A program made the position numbers and the translations under genes. From a virus (taxonomy: Duplodnaviria; Caudoviricetes), in the IMG/VR virus record IMGVR_UViG_3300006919_000055, positions 1 to 61,861 of that record: a DNA stretch of 61,861 bases. The stretch is one strand, 5' to 3'. Under the pieces are notes generated by a model that worked only from the letters and a program-made list of their open reading frames with translations, did not search any database and was not told the origin of the DNA. This document shows, one piece after another, positions 8,357-16,670 of the stretch; within the stretch, counting starts at the first letter, position 1; every line of letters starts with the position of its first letter.

Positions 8357-9366
8357 TTTGCTTTTCTCATTTGCTCTGGAGTTGGCGCACCCTTGTCGCC
8401 TTTTTTTCTCATTTTCTCACCAGAACCTCTTTTAATTCTTTCTCTCTTCTTTTGGATATTTTCCCATAAACTTGCGTACTGCTCCTTGTTGTGTAAATCA
8501 GAAGCGTTTGAATATTTGTTCATCATGTAATCATACGCCGCATCCATCATGTGTTCAGACTTAGAAATTTTATCTTGAACCCAAGCCATGAGATTAATGT
8601 CTTCCGGCATTCTTTCCATCATCATGGCTAGAATAGCTGCTTTTTTGGCAATTTTCTTTAATTGTATTTCTGCCATAGTGCCTTCATGATCCTCTACGTC
8701 TGCTTTAGACTTCTTTTTGAGAATAGCTTTTTGTAAAGCAGGGGGCAATTTTTTTTGCTTGTCTGACAAGCCTTTTTTGGGAGATTCCTCTTTATCCTCT
8801 TTATCCTCTTTATCCTCTTCGCTTTCTGCGTCTTTATCTTCGCTGTCGGCTTTCTTGCCCTTCTTTTTGAGAATAGCTTTCTGTAAGGCGGGAGGTAATT
8901 TTTTTTGCTTATCAGTTAACGCAGCTTCGCTCTCTTTGTCTGAACAGCCACAATCGCCACACTCTCCTGAGCAACCATCCTTTTCATCTTCGGTTATTTC
9001 CTCGGTGACGGAAGCTAGTAAAGGGTTTATTATTAAAAGTTCGTCATGATCTACAAAAGTTTCTCCGTCCCACTCTGAAGCTTCTACTTTTTTGCCTCCG
9101 CGCCACTGACGGCACGACCAATAACGAGCTTTTGTTTTAGGGCCGGGATTGTCGCAATTATGCCTAGCTCTGAAGTTCTTTCTGCGATTGGGATCGTCTC
9201 GCTTGATCTCCATATTTGGGTCGCCAAAGTTAACTTTTACAACGTTACCTTTTTCGTTTTTAACATAAACAGAAAACTTTTTTGGCCCTTTGGGGGTACG
9301 AAAAGGCTTATTTAAGGTCTTTTTCTCCTTTGCCTCCAAAATCTGCTTCGTAAAATCTATCTCCAT
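8353..9366 (-). CDS. modular charged protein, probable virion/head-associated (DUF6321-like N-terminal module)
   Basis: KPFRTPKGPKKFSVYV..VNFGDP..RARHNC..ARYWSC module, two KQKKLPPALQKAILKKK repeats, C-terminal LWENIQKKRERIKRGSGEKMRK module. Confidence 0.65.
   Translation of the reverse strand: MEIDFTKQILEAKEKKTLNKPFRTPKGPKKFSVYVKNEKGNVVKVNFGDPNMEIKRDDPNRRKNFRARHNCDNPGPKTKARYWSCRQWRGGKKVEASEWDGETFVDHDELLIINPLLASVTEEITEDEKDGCSGECGDCGCSDKESEAALTDKQKKLPPALQKAILKKKGKKADSEDKDAESEEDKEDKEDKEESPKKGLSDKQKKLPPALQKAILKKKSKADVEDHEGTMAEIQLKKIAKKAAILAMMMERMPEDINLMAWVQDKISKSEHMMDAAYDYMMNKYSNASDLHNKEQYASLWENIQKKRERIKRGSGEKMRKKGDKGAPTPEQMRKAK
8713..8915 (-). repeat. internal duplication encoding L(T/S)DKQKKLPPALQKAILKKK
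   Basis: Two copies with synonymous differences around an EDK repeat tract (coordinates approximate). Confidence 0.85.
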
Positions 9367-9384
9367 GACACTTAAATATACACT

Positions 9385-9900
9385 TTATTTTGTAAAAATA
9401 TTTCTATTTATTTTATATTTTCGCTGAAATAATTGCTTCTCTCCTTCTTTTAAGTGCATAAATACTATACCGAAATCCATAATTACATACTTCATGGGTT
9501 GATCAAAGCAAATTACTGTTATATCTAATAATTGTTGAAGGGTTACATTTTTTAAAGAAACTTGAACAGTTTTTACTCTAGGTAGTTCTGGCTCAATATT
9601 TTGAGGGGGAAGTGGTATGAGTGGGGGTGCTATAGGTAATCCTGTGAGTGGATCAAAACCCGCTGGGATATTGTTTGTAAGAGGGGGAACCGGAACTTTT
9701 GCAACAGGCTTTTTTAGGTATAAAAAATTTATTTTTCCCCCAGACTTATCGTGAAGAATCTTCATTAACTCTTCAATGGTGAAGTCATCTAAAGTTATTT
9801 CTGGAATTATAGTATTATTTAAATTTTTAATTACAGCTTGTCTGGTGGAACAAAAACCGTTTAAAGAAAACATTAAGAATAATAATATTAAAATTTTCAT
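9385..9900 (-). CDS. exported protein resembling the N-terminal periplasmic (STN/N0-like) domain of secretins
   Basis: Signal peptide MKILILLFLMFSLNGFC; IIPEITLDDFTIEELMKIL...VSLKNVTLQQLLD; Pro-rich FDPLTGLP insert; start moved to ATG 9900. Confidence 0.55.
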   Translation of the reverse strand: MKILILLFLMFSLNGFCSTRQAVIKNLNNTIIPEITLDDFTIEELMKILHDKSGGKINFLYLKKPVAKVPVPPLTNNIPAGFDPLTGLPIAPPLIPLPPQNIEPELPRVKTVQVSLKNVTLQQLLDITVICFDQPMKYVIMDFGIVFMHLKEGEKQLFQRKYKINRNIFTK

Positions 9901-9901
9901 T

Positions 9902-10075
9902 TTACCAAAAAGGGCCATATTCACCCCAAAAAGGTTCGCCAGTTAAAAGACACCAGATCATCCTTCCTCCTAAATAAACAATAGAAAGTATAACGGGTAA
10001 GGCTGGTATTAAGACGGCGATGCCAATGACGACTAGAGCAACAATAAGAATTGCCGATAGAATATCTTTAATCAT
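9902..10075 (-). CDS. 57-aa membrane protein
   Basis: MIKDILSAILIVALVVIGIAVLIPALPVILSIVYLGG...; ATGA overlap with the upstream gene. Confidence 0.6.
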   Translation of the reverse strand: MIKDILSAILIVALVVIGIAVLIPALPVILSIVYLGGRMIWCLLTGEPFWGEYGPFW

Positions 10076-10719
10076 GCTTCATCATCAGAGTTATAAAAAT
10101 AATAAGGCTTATTTCCGTAACTTCTATCTATATCTTCAGAAGTTAATTCATCGTCAAAAATTTTTAATCTAGGAACATTATCTTTATCGTAAGGAACAAT
10201 AAAGTCCGGATTATGCCACCTCAATAAGTTATTTGGGGGGATGCAAAAGTTGCCATCGTCCAACGCTATAAGTTGATAGCATTTGCTATCTGGATCGTTA
10301 CCATAGCCGACATTTAATTCGTTTAAATCTCCTTCGTAGTCATCTATAGTAGTTAAATATTTACCACTTCTCCATTTTTTATCACGACAATGAACATCTA
10401 CTCGTTTGTTTTGCAAAAAAGCAAAGGTCGTAACGGATATATTATTTGACTGACAATCCCAAGTTTGCAATAAAGACAGACGCCTTTGTTCGTCGTTGGA
10501 AAGTTTATCAAAATCTTTTTTCCAGCAAAAAGCTGAAATGGGCTGCATCCAAATAACAGCACCAAAATGGGTCTGAAAATGAAAGTGCATTGGTCTATTC
10601 AGCATTGACTTGCACCCAAAAATATATCCCTCAGTTAGTCCACCATCATCTTCGGGAAATATATACTTATTTCTTATAAAACAGTGTTGGTAAGGTATAT
10701 TTGCGTTTAACTGACTCAT
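10072..10719 (-). CDS. conserved-looking hypothetical phage protein
   Basis: 215 aa; LNANIP, LQTWDC, GKYLTTID and DDGNFCIPPNN motifs recalled from marine phages. Confidence 0.7.
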   Translation of the reverse strand: MSQLNANIPYQHCFIRNKYIFPEDDGGLTEGYIFGCKSMLNRPMHFHFQTHFGAVIWMQPISAFCWKKDFDKLSNDEQRRLSLLQTWDCQSNNISVTTFAFLQNKRVDVHCRDKKWRSGKYLTTIDDYEGDLNELNVGYGNDPDSKCYQLIALDDGNFCIPPNNLLRWHNPDFIVPYDKDNVPRLKIFDDELTSEDIDRSYGNKPYYFYNSDDEA

Positions 10720-11076
10720 TTATTCTCTCCAAGTTATATCAATTAAATTATCACCAAAAAATTCTTTTGTATAGTTTATAGGTGTTTGAGGATCAAAAGC
10801 TCTACAAGTATAAACGTCTACAGAAAAAAATGGAGGTTTTCTGTCGTCCCACGCATAGATGTGCATACCGCTTTCTTTCCAGTGAACATAAGCGCACCAA
10901 CCATAATCGGGATCATAATTGCAAAATGGAGCAGTTGCTTCGGTCATTTTAAGAACCTGCGTCATCTCACGGCAATATCTGTCCATCTCTTCCGGTTTGA
11001 AGGGGTTATGAAGAGTACCTTCGATTACTATCCTTTGCCTACATATGTCAGGAGCTAAATCTTTCCAATTATTCAT
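10720..11076 (-). CDS. speD: S-adenosylmethionine decarboxylase-like pyruvoyl proenzyme
   Basis: WKES-GMHIYAW and FSVDVYTC..FDP fit the class 1b AdoMetDC fold. Confidence 0.7.
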   Translation of the reverse strand: MNNWKDLAPDICRQRIVIEGTLHNPFKPEEMDRYCREMTQVLKMTEATAPFCNYDPDYGWCAYVHWKESGMHIYAWDDRKPPFFSVDVYTCRAFDPQTPINYTKEFFGDNLIDITWRE

Positions 11077-11099
11077 TTTTTAAAAAACTAACTTTTTTA

Positions 11100-11114
11100 A
11101 GTGTAATATATTAT
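11100..11114 (+). promoter_or_regulatory. AGTGTA-N9-ATG motif (putative phage-specific promoter)
   Basis: Same motif and spacing at 19984, 21840, 37520 (+) and 12086, 15919 (-). Confidence 0.7.
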
Positions 11115-11213
11115 ATGAATGAACTCGCAATTACAATGGCCGTTATCGACACTATCAGTAAAATAATTATTGCACTAGGCGTAATTACTATAGCCGTAAA
11201 GATTAAGAAGTAG
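11115..11213 (+). CDS. 32-aa membrane peptide
   Basis: MNELAITMAVIDTISKIIIALGVITIAVKIKK directly after the AGTGTA motif. Confidence 0.6.
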   Translation: MNELAITMAVIDTISKIIIALGVITIAVKIKK

Positions 11214-11460
11214 AAATTTGCTTTTTAAGTTTTATTATTTCTCTCCTCAACTGCTTTTCGACCATTAAGGCTCGGTAAGCAGTTTTTTTTATCTTTACTG
11301 TACTCGGCATATAATCATCTTTAAAGCTTATCATGCCGGAAGCATTTAAAGATTTAATATATAACATACCATCTTGATAAGAGCCTCTAAAGGGTTCTTC
11401 ATTGGGTACGCAAACTACATAAGTGGAAGGCTTGGTGCTATGATCCCAATATTTTTTCAT
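11203..11460 (-). CDS. hypothetical protein
   Basis: 85-aa ORF, ATGA overlap. Confidence 0.6.
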   Translation of the reverse strand: MKKYWDHSTKPSTYVVCVPNEEPFRGSYQDGMLYIKSLNASGMISFKDDYMPSTVKIKKTAYRALMVEKQLRREIIKLKKQISTS

Positions 11461-11969
11461 TTTTTACGATGAACTTGATAAGCTTTTACTCCGTAATATT
11501 TTTTAGTCCAAGAAATTTGGTCAACCGTTTTGTTGGGGAGGTGTACTCTCTGAAGTTCGCGCCGACTCATTGTGGGGCCATATTTAAAAAGAAGCTCTAT
11601 TTCTTCAGGACTCCATACGGGGTCACGATGAAGGTTTCGAGACATCTTAGCTGATCTAACTTGCTCTATTGTTTTATCTGGAAAAAACTTCTCTTTTAAT
11701 TCTCTTTGATTATATTTTTTATAATTATTTTTTAGAATTTCTATTTCGTGAGGAGTCCAAATTTGATGAGGCTGCATTGTTTTTAGCAAACGGAGCTTGC
11801 ACCTCATGGCTTGAACTTGGCGACGAGAGCGTTTATTTTTTAAAAACCTCTCGCTTATTTCTTGATCAGAGTATTTTTTATAATGTTTTTTTAGGATATT
11901 AAACTCTTCTTCTTTCCATCTTGTTTGCTCTCTGTATTTTTCAAAGGCTATTTTAGATTTTTCGTTCAT
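11457..11969 (-). CDS. Myb/SANT-like repeat DNA-binding protein
   Basis: Three W-x-x-x-E-x-x-(I/L)L repeats of ~50 aa, highly basic. Confidence 0.6.
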   Translation of the reverse strand: MNEKSKIAFEKYREQTRWKEEEFNILKKHYKKYSDQEISERFLKNKRSRRQVQAMRCKLRLLKTMQPHQIWTPHEIEILKNNYKKYNQRELKEKFFPDKTIEQVRSAKMSRNLHRDPVWSPEEIELLFKYGPTMSRRELQRVHLPNKTVDQISWTKKYYGVKAYQVHRKK

Positions 11970-12076
11970 AAAGTTAAATATCTTATTATGGCTCCAATAA
12001 CTATAGCCACAAATACTGCAAAAAGTTTACCGTCTGGTGGTATATTTCCTCTATCTCCGTCATGTGGTAATATCAT
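11966..12076 (-). CDS. 36-aa membrane peptide
   Basis: MILPHDGDRGNIPPDGKLFAVFVAIVIGAIIRYLTL; AGTGTA-N9-ATG; ATGA overlap with next gene. Confidence 0.6.
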   Translation of the reverse strand: MILPHDGDRGNIPPDGKLFAVFVAIVIGAIIRYLTL

Positions 12077-12104
12077 ATTATGATATACACTCACTATAAG
12101 TTAA

Positions 12105-12428
12105 TTAAGAAACATTTTCTCCTTCGTGATACTTTTTAGCTTCTTCATAGTCTGAATAATGACTTCTGGGCTGATCTTTATCAGATATACGAGGGGGCAT
12201 AAACTTAGTATAAAAGTCTCGCTGCTTCCGGCAGGTAAGATGTTCGTAGGTTTCAGTGCGTTGTTGAACGTGCTTGTCTAAAAATTCCTGCCTTTTTCTG
12301 CATCTTTCCGCTTCATCCTCGCGTTCAACCATCTCTGTGTACATTGCGAATAGCGCATTTACCCTGCGTTTATCTGGAGCTATCCACCAAGTTAATTTAA
12401 ATAAAATTTTAAATAAAAAGGTTCTCAT
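12105..12428 (-). CDS. hypothetical protein
   Basis: 107-aa ORF. Confidence 0.6.
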   Translation of the reverse strand: MRTFLFKILFKLTWWIAPDKRRVNALFAMYTEMVEREDEAERCRKRQEFLDKHVQQRTETYEHLTCRKQRDFYTKFMPPRISDKDQPRSHYSDYEEAKKYHEGENVS

Positions 12429-13167
12429 CTACTTTAACTTCCTTCTCGTAGGCGTGATAGTCAAAATTAAAATGTCCAATTCTTTTATTTAGCTTAATAG
12501 TTTCTTTGCCGTGAAAGCCGAATTGCCCTGCCCAAACATCATTTTCGATACTAAAAAATTGAGCAAGTTCAACGGGAGCAAAGGTAAATCCTTCCGCTTC
12601 TAGCTCTGATCTTTTATACTTGCATATATATTCGTCTTCTGTAGCCGCTCCTGTAATGTTGATTTTATCCCAGTAAATAGGCGATAGGTCATAGTTATAA
12701 TTAGTAACTCTTTCTATGAGTTTTTTTGACCTTATACTCAAACCGCCATTGCCGACTGAGGCGTTTAAATGTAAATCCACGAGTTCAGGGCTTGGCTTCA
12801 TTGGTACAGAATATTGTTCGTTACGAGAAATTACGCGACTCCAAGGCGCACCTATATAATCATATTCTAAAAATTTATCACTCCAACAGCTTGGATTTAA
12901 TGGATAGCCGTCAGTTTGCATTATCATCACAAATTCACTATCAATATAATCTATTAAATCATTTAAAATAAAAAAGCTATAGTTATCAGTGCTATTTATT
13001 GGTCTAATTTTATGAGTAACGCCATGTTTAATTTCAGAAGATAATAGTTTTACATCATGAAACTCAATATGATTTTTAATTCCTTTAATTATTTGAGAAG
13101 CCATAAAAACATCTTTTTCAGATGTATCTTCTACGCATATTAAAGTTACATTAGGTAATTTTAGCAT
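12409..13167 (-). CDS. DUF5672-like glycosyltransferase-associated protein
   Basis: QTDG, FLEYDYIGAPW, VGNGGLSIRSK, EDEYIC, FSIE and FGFHG motifs; start likely MLKLPNV. Confidence 0.75.
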   Translation of the reverse strand: MLKLPNVTLICVEDTSEKDVFMASQIIKGIKNHIEFHDVKLLSSEIKHGVTHKIRPINSTDNYSFFILNDLIDYIDSEFVMIMQTDGYPLNPSCWSDKFLEYDYIGAPWSRVISRNEQYSVPMKPSPELVDLHLNASVGNGGLSIRSKKLIERVTNYNYDLSPIYWDKINITGAATEDEYICKYKRSELEAEGFTFAPVELAQFFSIENDVWAGQFGFHGKETIKLNKRIGHFNFDYHAYEKEVKVDENLFI

Positions 13168-13670
13168 TGTAAGTTTAAAACTTCTTTTAAATTTTTCCAC
13201 GACTCCTCAATAGACATATCAGTACGGAGGACGTGCTTTGGATCACCTATTTCAAAATCTTCTACATGATATTCTTTTCTTAAATCTCTACTAGATTGTA
13301 AAAACACTTCTAAAACTTGATCTTGATTATTGTTTGCAAGCTCGTGTCTTAAATGTTCGTAAGGATTAACAAGGCACATGACTACATCAGTACCTTTCTT
13401 AACTGGGCGTCCTTCGATAAAATTACCATCTTCATTTTTATAATAAATTGCCGACCACTCCTTTCTTTCTCCTTTTTTATTAAGGTAAGTAGCTACAGCA
13501 TTAGCGTTTTTGATATTTTCTTCTCTACCTTTTCTGCTGTAATTCTTATTTGTAAACATCTCCCGAAACTCGTCTCCGTCAATAACAAACGGGGTTTGAA
13601 GATGCTCGGCTAATAGTTTTCCTAAAGAAGTTTTACCGGAAGCGGGTTGTCCATAAAGAACGTAAATCAT
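13161..13670 (-). CDS. cysC: adenylyl-sulfate kinase-like P-loop kinase
   Basis: GQPASGKTS, IDGDEFR, YSRKGREENIK. Confidence 0.65.
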   Translation of the reverse strand: MIYVLYGQPASGKTSLGKLLAEHLQTPFVIDGDEFREMFTNKNYSRKGREENIKNANAVATYLNKKGERKEWSAIYYKNEDGNFIEGRPVKKGTDVVMCLVNPYEHLRHELANNNQDQVLEVFLQSSRDLRKEYHVEDFEIGDPKHVLRTDMSIEESWKNLKEVLNLQC

Positions 13671-13671
13671 T

Positions 13672-13935
13672 TTAATCTTCCTCTATTCCGTAATTATAAC
13701 TCCCATTCCAGAGTCTTTCGAGAGTTTCGCCATTATCATTCACATCGTAAGCTTTTTTAATGTCACTAATATCCTCCACAAAGGTATAAAGATAATCTTC
13801 AATTAAATACTCTTCCTCTTCCATTTTAAAGTTCGCCTTTGTCTCTGGGTGAACCTTATTTAAATCTTCCGCAAAGCTTGTTATGTAATTTAAAAGTTTA
13901 GCTTTAAGGATTTTTTTCTTTTGACTTTTTTTCAT
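13672..13935 (-). CDS. hypothetical protein
   Basis: 87-aa ORF, ATGA overlap. Confidence 0.6.
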   Translation of the reverse strand: MKKSQKKKILKAKLLNYITSFAEDLNKVHPETKANFKMEEEEYLIEDYLYTFVEDISDIKKAYDVNDNGETLERLWNGSYNYGIEED

Positions 13936-14384
13936 TTGCTAATCCTCAAGCTGTCTGCATCCCTGTGAAAGGTGCTTATTTCTATGAATTCGACATCTCC
14001 GTCGTAGGCTATTAGTTGATGAGGTTGCCCTCTTTCTATGGACAAAGTATCTCCTTGGTTTAAAATACGAGTCATCTTTACTCCATCAAGAGTACAAATT
14101 GTATCTACTTGAAGCTGACCTTTGGTAATGTAAAAAGTCTCATGTTTCTCTAAATGAAAATGAAGAGAGGTATTATAGCCTTGATTTATTTGTAAAATTT
14201 TGCCGCAATAATCTTCTTCTTGATTATTAGCCATCCAAATTTCTCTGCCCCACTCTTTTTCAACTACTTTAGCTCTACAACTAACTCCGGCTTCTCCAGT
14301 GACTCCTGTGTATCCCTTATTACTCATAGCGCTTTTAACTTTGGTCTGTCCCTCTCTCCAGATTTGACCGCCGCTTTTTTTCAT
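13932..14384 (-). CDS. cupin protein (D-lyxose/mannose isomerase-like)
   Basis: VEKEWGREIW, YCGKIL, TSLHFHLEKHETFY, PHQL, EIST. Confidence 0.75.
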   Translation of the reverse strand: MKKSGGQIWREGQTKVKSAMSNKGYTGVTGEAGVSCRAKVVEKEWGREIWMANNQEEDYCGKILQINQGYNTSLHFHLEKHETFYITKGQLQVDTICTLDGVKMTRILNQGDTLSIERGQPHQLIAYDGDVEFIEISTFHRDADSLRISK

Positions 14385-14713
14385 TATTTTTTGTCTGTAT
14401 TTTTTAAATCAAAAAGTTCATCTTTTAATTTTAAGTTTTCTTTACTCCAGTAATCATTTATTACATCAACTTGTTTTTCAAGCATTGCAGAAAAATGCTT
14501 TTGTCCAAGATACATAGCTTTCCAGTGTTCTATCGCCATGCTTTTAGTCATGGAGTGAACTATGTGTTTTTGCGCTATCTCTTCACTCTTGTATATTGAG
14601 TGCTGTATGTCGTTGTCCCATTTATAATGGTAGTAGTAACCTGTGAACCACGTTCCAAAGCAAATCAAGCCAAGGAAAATAAAGAATCTTTCTTGTATTG
14701 TATAGTTTTTCAT
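14384..14713 (-). CDS. membrane-anchored hypothetical protein
   Basis: N-terminal hydrophobic helix. Confidence 0.6.
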   Translation of the reverse strand: MKNYTIQERFFIFLGLICFGTWFTGYYYHYKWDNDIQHSIYKSEEIAQKHIVHSMTKSMAIEHWKAMYLGQKHFSAMLEKQVDVINDYWSKENLKLKDELFDLKNTDKK

Positions 14714-14714
14714 T

Positions 14715-15095
14715 TTAACCAGCTAAAGCTCCTAATATCATAATTAAAATAAGCCCAAGAATTCCTAATCCAGAAATAACTAAAGTAGCTATTGCTGTGC
14801 TTATCTTTTTTACACCCTTGTCTTTAATAACGGAAATTGCAGCAACTACAGCACTCACAAACGCTCCAAAGCCACCAACAAGCATAATCATACCAAACTT
14901 CATGGTAGTTGCTTCATCAATCTGAGGTTCGATTCCAGTTGTTTGTGCGGCTTGTGCTGCGTGGAAGCCAAGTGATGCAGCCTTAAAAAAACCATAAAAA
15001 GCTATTAATGCTGATATTAAAGTTCCAACCAAAGACGCAATACCAATGGTACTGTGTTCAGTTGGTTTTTGTTGAGTAATGTTAGTATTTTCCAT
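14715..15095 (-). CDS. three-helix membrane protein (DUF4190-like)
   Basis: IGIASLVG start and three hydrophobic segments. Confidence 0.6.
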   Translation of the reverse strand: MENTNITQQKPTEHSTIGIASLVGTLISALIAFYGFFKAASLGFHAAQAAQTTGIEPQIDEATTMKFGMIMLVGGFGAFVSAVVAAISVIKDKGVKKISTAIATLVISGLGILGLILIMILGALAG

Positions 15096-15105
15096 AATAT
15101 TTTCC

Positions 15106-15393
15106 TTACGCTAACAATGGTAAAAGTAGTAGAGCGGCAAACAAGCCACCAATTAAAATGCCAAAAGTAGCGTGTCTCCTTGAGTGATCTTTGTTCCCAA
15201 AGATATAAGACGCAATACCTATCAATGGAGCAGTGAATGACCCACCAAAAGCCAGAAGCAATACGAATATTGCTACAAAGGCATTATCTGGCCTTCCAAA
15301 AGCAACTGCGAACCAAAAGCCCAATGCGCCGATTAAAGCTGCGGTTACTGACGCTGTTCCAATTTTACAATTTATTTGTTGTTGTGTTTCCAT
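15106..15393 (-). CDS. three-helix membrane protein, likely paralog of 14715-15095
   Basis: IGTASVTAALIG start and three hydrophobic segments. Confidence 0.6.
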   Translation of the reverse strand: METQQQINCKIGTASVTAALIGALGFWFAVAFGRPDNAFVAIFVLLLAFGGSFTAPLIGIASYIFGNKDHSRRHATFGILIGGLFAALLLLPLLA

Positions 15394-15817
15394 GTTCTAT
15401 CAATGCTCCATCTGCTGTGTGGTCAATATACTCTGGACGAATCCATGTAATAGTCTCTGGCGTATCGCCCTCTTTTAATTTTACCCAGTATGTAAATATT
15501 TGCTTCGGAGCAATCATTGGGTCTCTAGAAGTTTCGTGAAAAACTTCGTACAAAGCTTCATCGTAAAATGGAGTTACAAGACTGTGGCTGCGTATAAAAT
15601 CTACAGCCCCTTGAAAAGTACCGAAATATAATTTACCCTTCTTAAAATCACCGCCATTATATTCTTCTAAAGGCCAATATTTTTGATTTTGGATATAACA
15701 ATTAACAAAATAATTAGGTTCAAAGGTGAGATTGTTTTCTCGCTGTGTTGTATTTCCCAAGAGAAGAGGAGCGGCGGCAAGGGCCGGAACAGTTTTAATA
15801 AAATTTCTGCGATTCAT
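15365..15817 (-). CDS. protein with twin-arginine (Tat) signal peptide
   Basis: MNRRNFIKTVPALAAAPLLLG matches RRxF(L/I)K plus an h-region. Confidence 0.65.
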   Translation of the reverse strand: MNRRNFIKTVPALAAAPLLLGNTTQRENNLTFEPNYFVNCYIQNQKYWPLEEYNGGDFKKGKLYFGTFQGAVDFIRSHSLVTPFYDEALYEVFHETSRDPMIAPKQIFTYWVKLKEGDTPETITWIRPEYIDHTADGALIEHGNTTTNKL

Positions 15818-15909
15818 TTTTTTATTTTATTTATTAATTTTTTAATGATTTCCCACCCCAGTATTCCTAAGCCCAAGAAAAAGTATACAACCAATACAAG
15901 ATATTTCAC
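15814..15909 (-). CDS. 31-aa membrane peptide
   Basis: GTG start, KYLVLVVYFFLGLGILGWEIIKK; AGTGTA-N9-GTG; ATGA overlap with next gene. Confidence 0.6.
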   Translation of the reverse strand: MKYLVLVVYFFLGLGILGWEIIKKLINKIKK

Positions 15910-15923
15910 TCTTATTTATACAC

Positions 15924-16325
15924 TCATACAGCAAAGTCTTCATGATTAATAGCAAATTGAAAACCTACTATTTCAAATCCAGTGAGATTTCCCACTTCAC
16001 TTCTATTTAAAGAAATTAAAAGCTCGCCTTCTGTTCTAAAAACTAAATCACACGGGCCATTTGGATCGTCGTTGGGACTTAACGAAACCGAAAGGCAATC
16101 TTCATCTTCGTTGTATTTTATTTTTTCATGAGAAAAACTGGCCTCTAGTATGTCAGAAACTTTATAAATTTCTATTAAATATAAAGCTCCCGTCTTTTCG
16201 TCAAGGTCTACGTTAATATAATCTTGAACAGAGTTTACCGTAGAAATAGAAGCTCCTTCGTGAGGATAATCTACTAAAATATAAAATCTTTCTTCTTTGG
16301 TGAAGTATTTAACGCTTTCTTGCAT
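15924..16325 (-). CDS. tandem DUF2283-like domain protein
   Basis: Two repeats of KY..E.D.(F/L).(I/V)...G....(I/F)EI; start moved to MQESVKY, outside the RNA element. Confidence 0.55.
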   Translation of the reverse strand: MQESVKYFTKEERFYILVDYPHEGASISTVNSVQDYINVDLDEKTGALYLIEIYKVSDILEASFSHEKIKYNEDEDCLSVSLSPNDDPNGPCDLVFRTEGELLISLNRSEVGNLTGFEIVGFQFAINHEDFAV

Positions 16326-16337
16326 AATGAAATTAAT

Positions 16338-16502
16338 GGGTAGGAGGATTCTCATTTACCTCCATCGTTTTGGGGTCACAGCTTGAGTTTTCAAGTCAAA
16401 ACCCTACTTTGAGCCAACCCTCATCGGCCCCCAGACTTGGTAAGTCCTGCCAATGAGCATTGCACGTTAACTGCCGCGACAGCAGTTTATTCCGTCATAC
16501 CC
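16338..16502 (-). ncRNA. manA-like structured RNA
   Basis: 5' GGGUAUGACGGAAUAAAC pairs with 3' UACCC; terminal GGAGG-UAAAUGAGAAU-CCUCC hairpin; GUUUUG/CAAAAC and CUGC/GCAG stems; layout recalled for the manA motif. Confidence 0.65.
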
Positions 16503-16534
16503 TTTGTCGCTCCGTCGAGCAACAAAATTTTATA

Positions 16535-16662
16535 GCTTGCATCTCTTCGGCTAAATAGATAGTTTGCACGCACGCAACCAAGCTTGTCCAGCTTATTATT
16601 TTTTAATAATTTCCCTTTATTGGGATACTATCTATTCTTATTTTGCATCCCAAGATGCAAGC
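16535..16662. ncRNA. candidate structured RNA upstream of the manA-like RNA
   Basis: Two perfect 10-bp long-range stems (16535-16544/16653-16662 and 16554-16563/16627-16636) enclosing four small hairpins. Confidence 0.55.
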
Positions 16663-16670
16663 AAATTATT

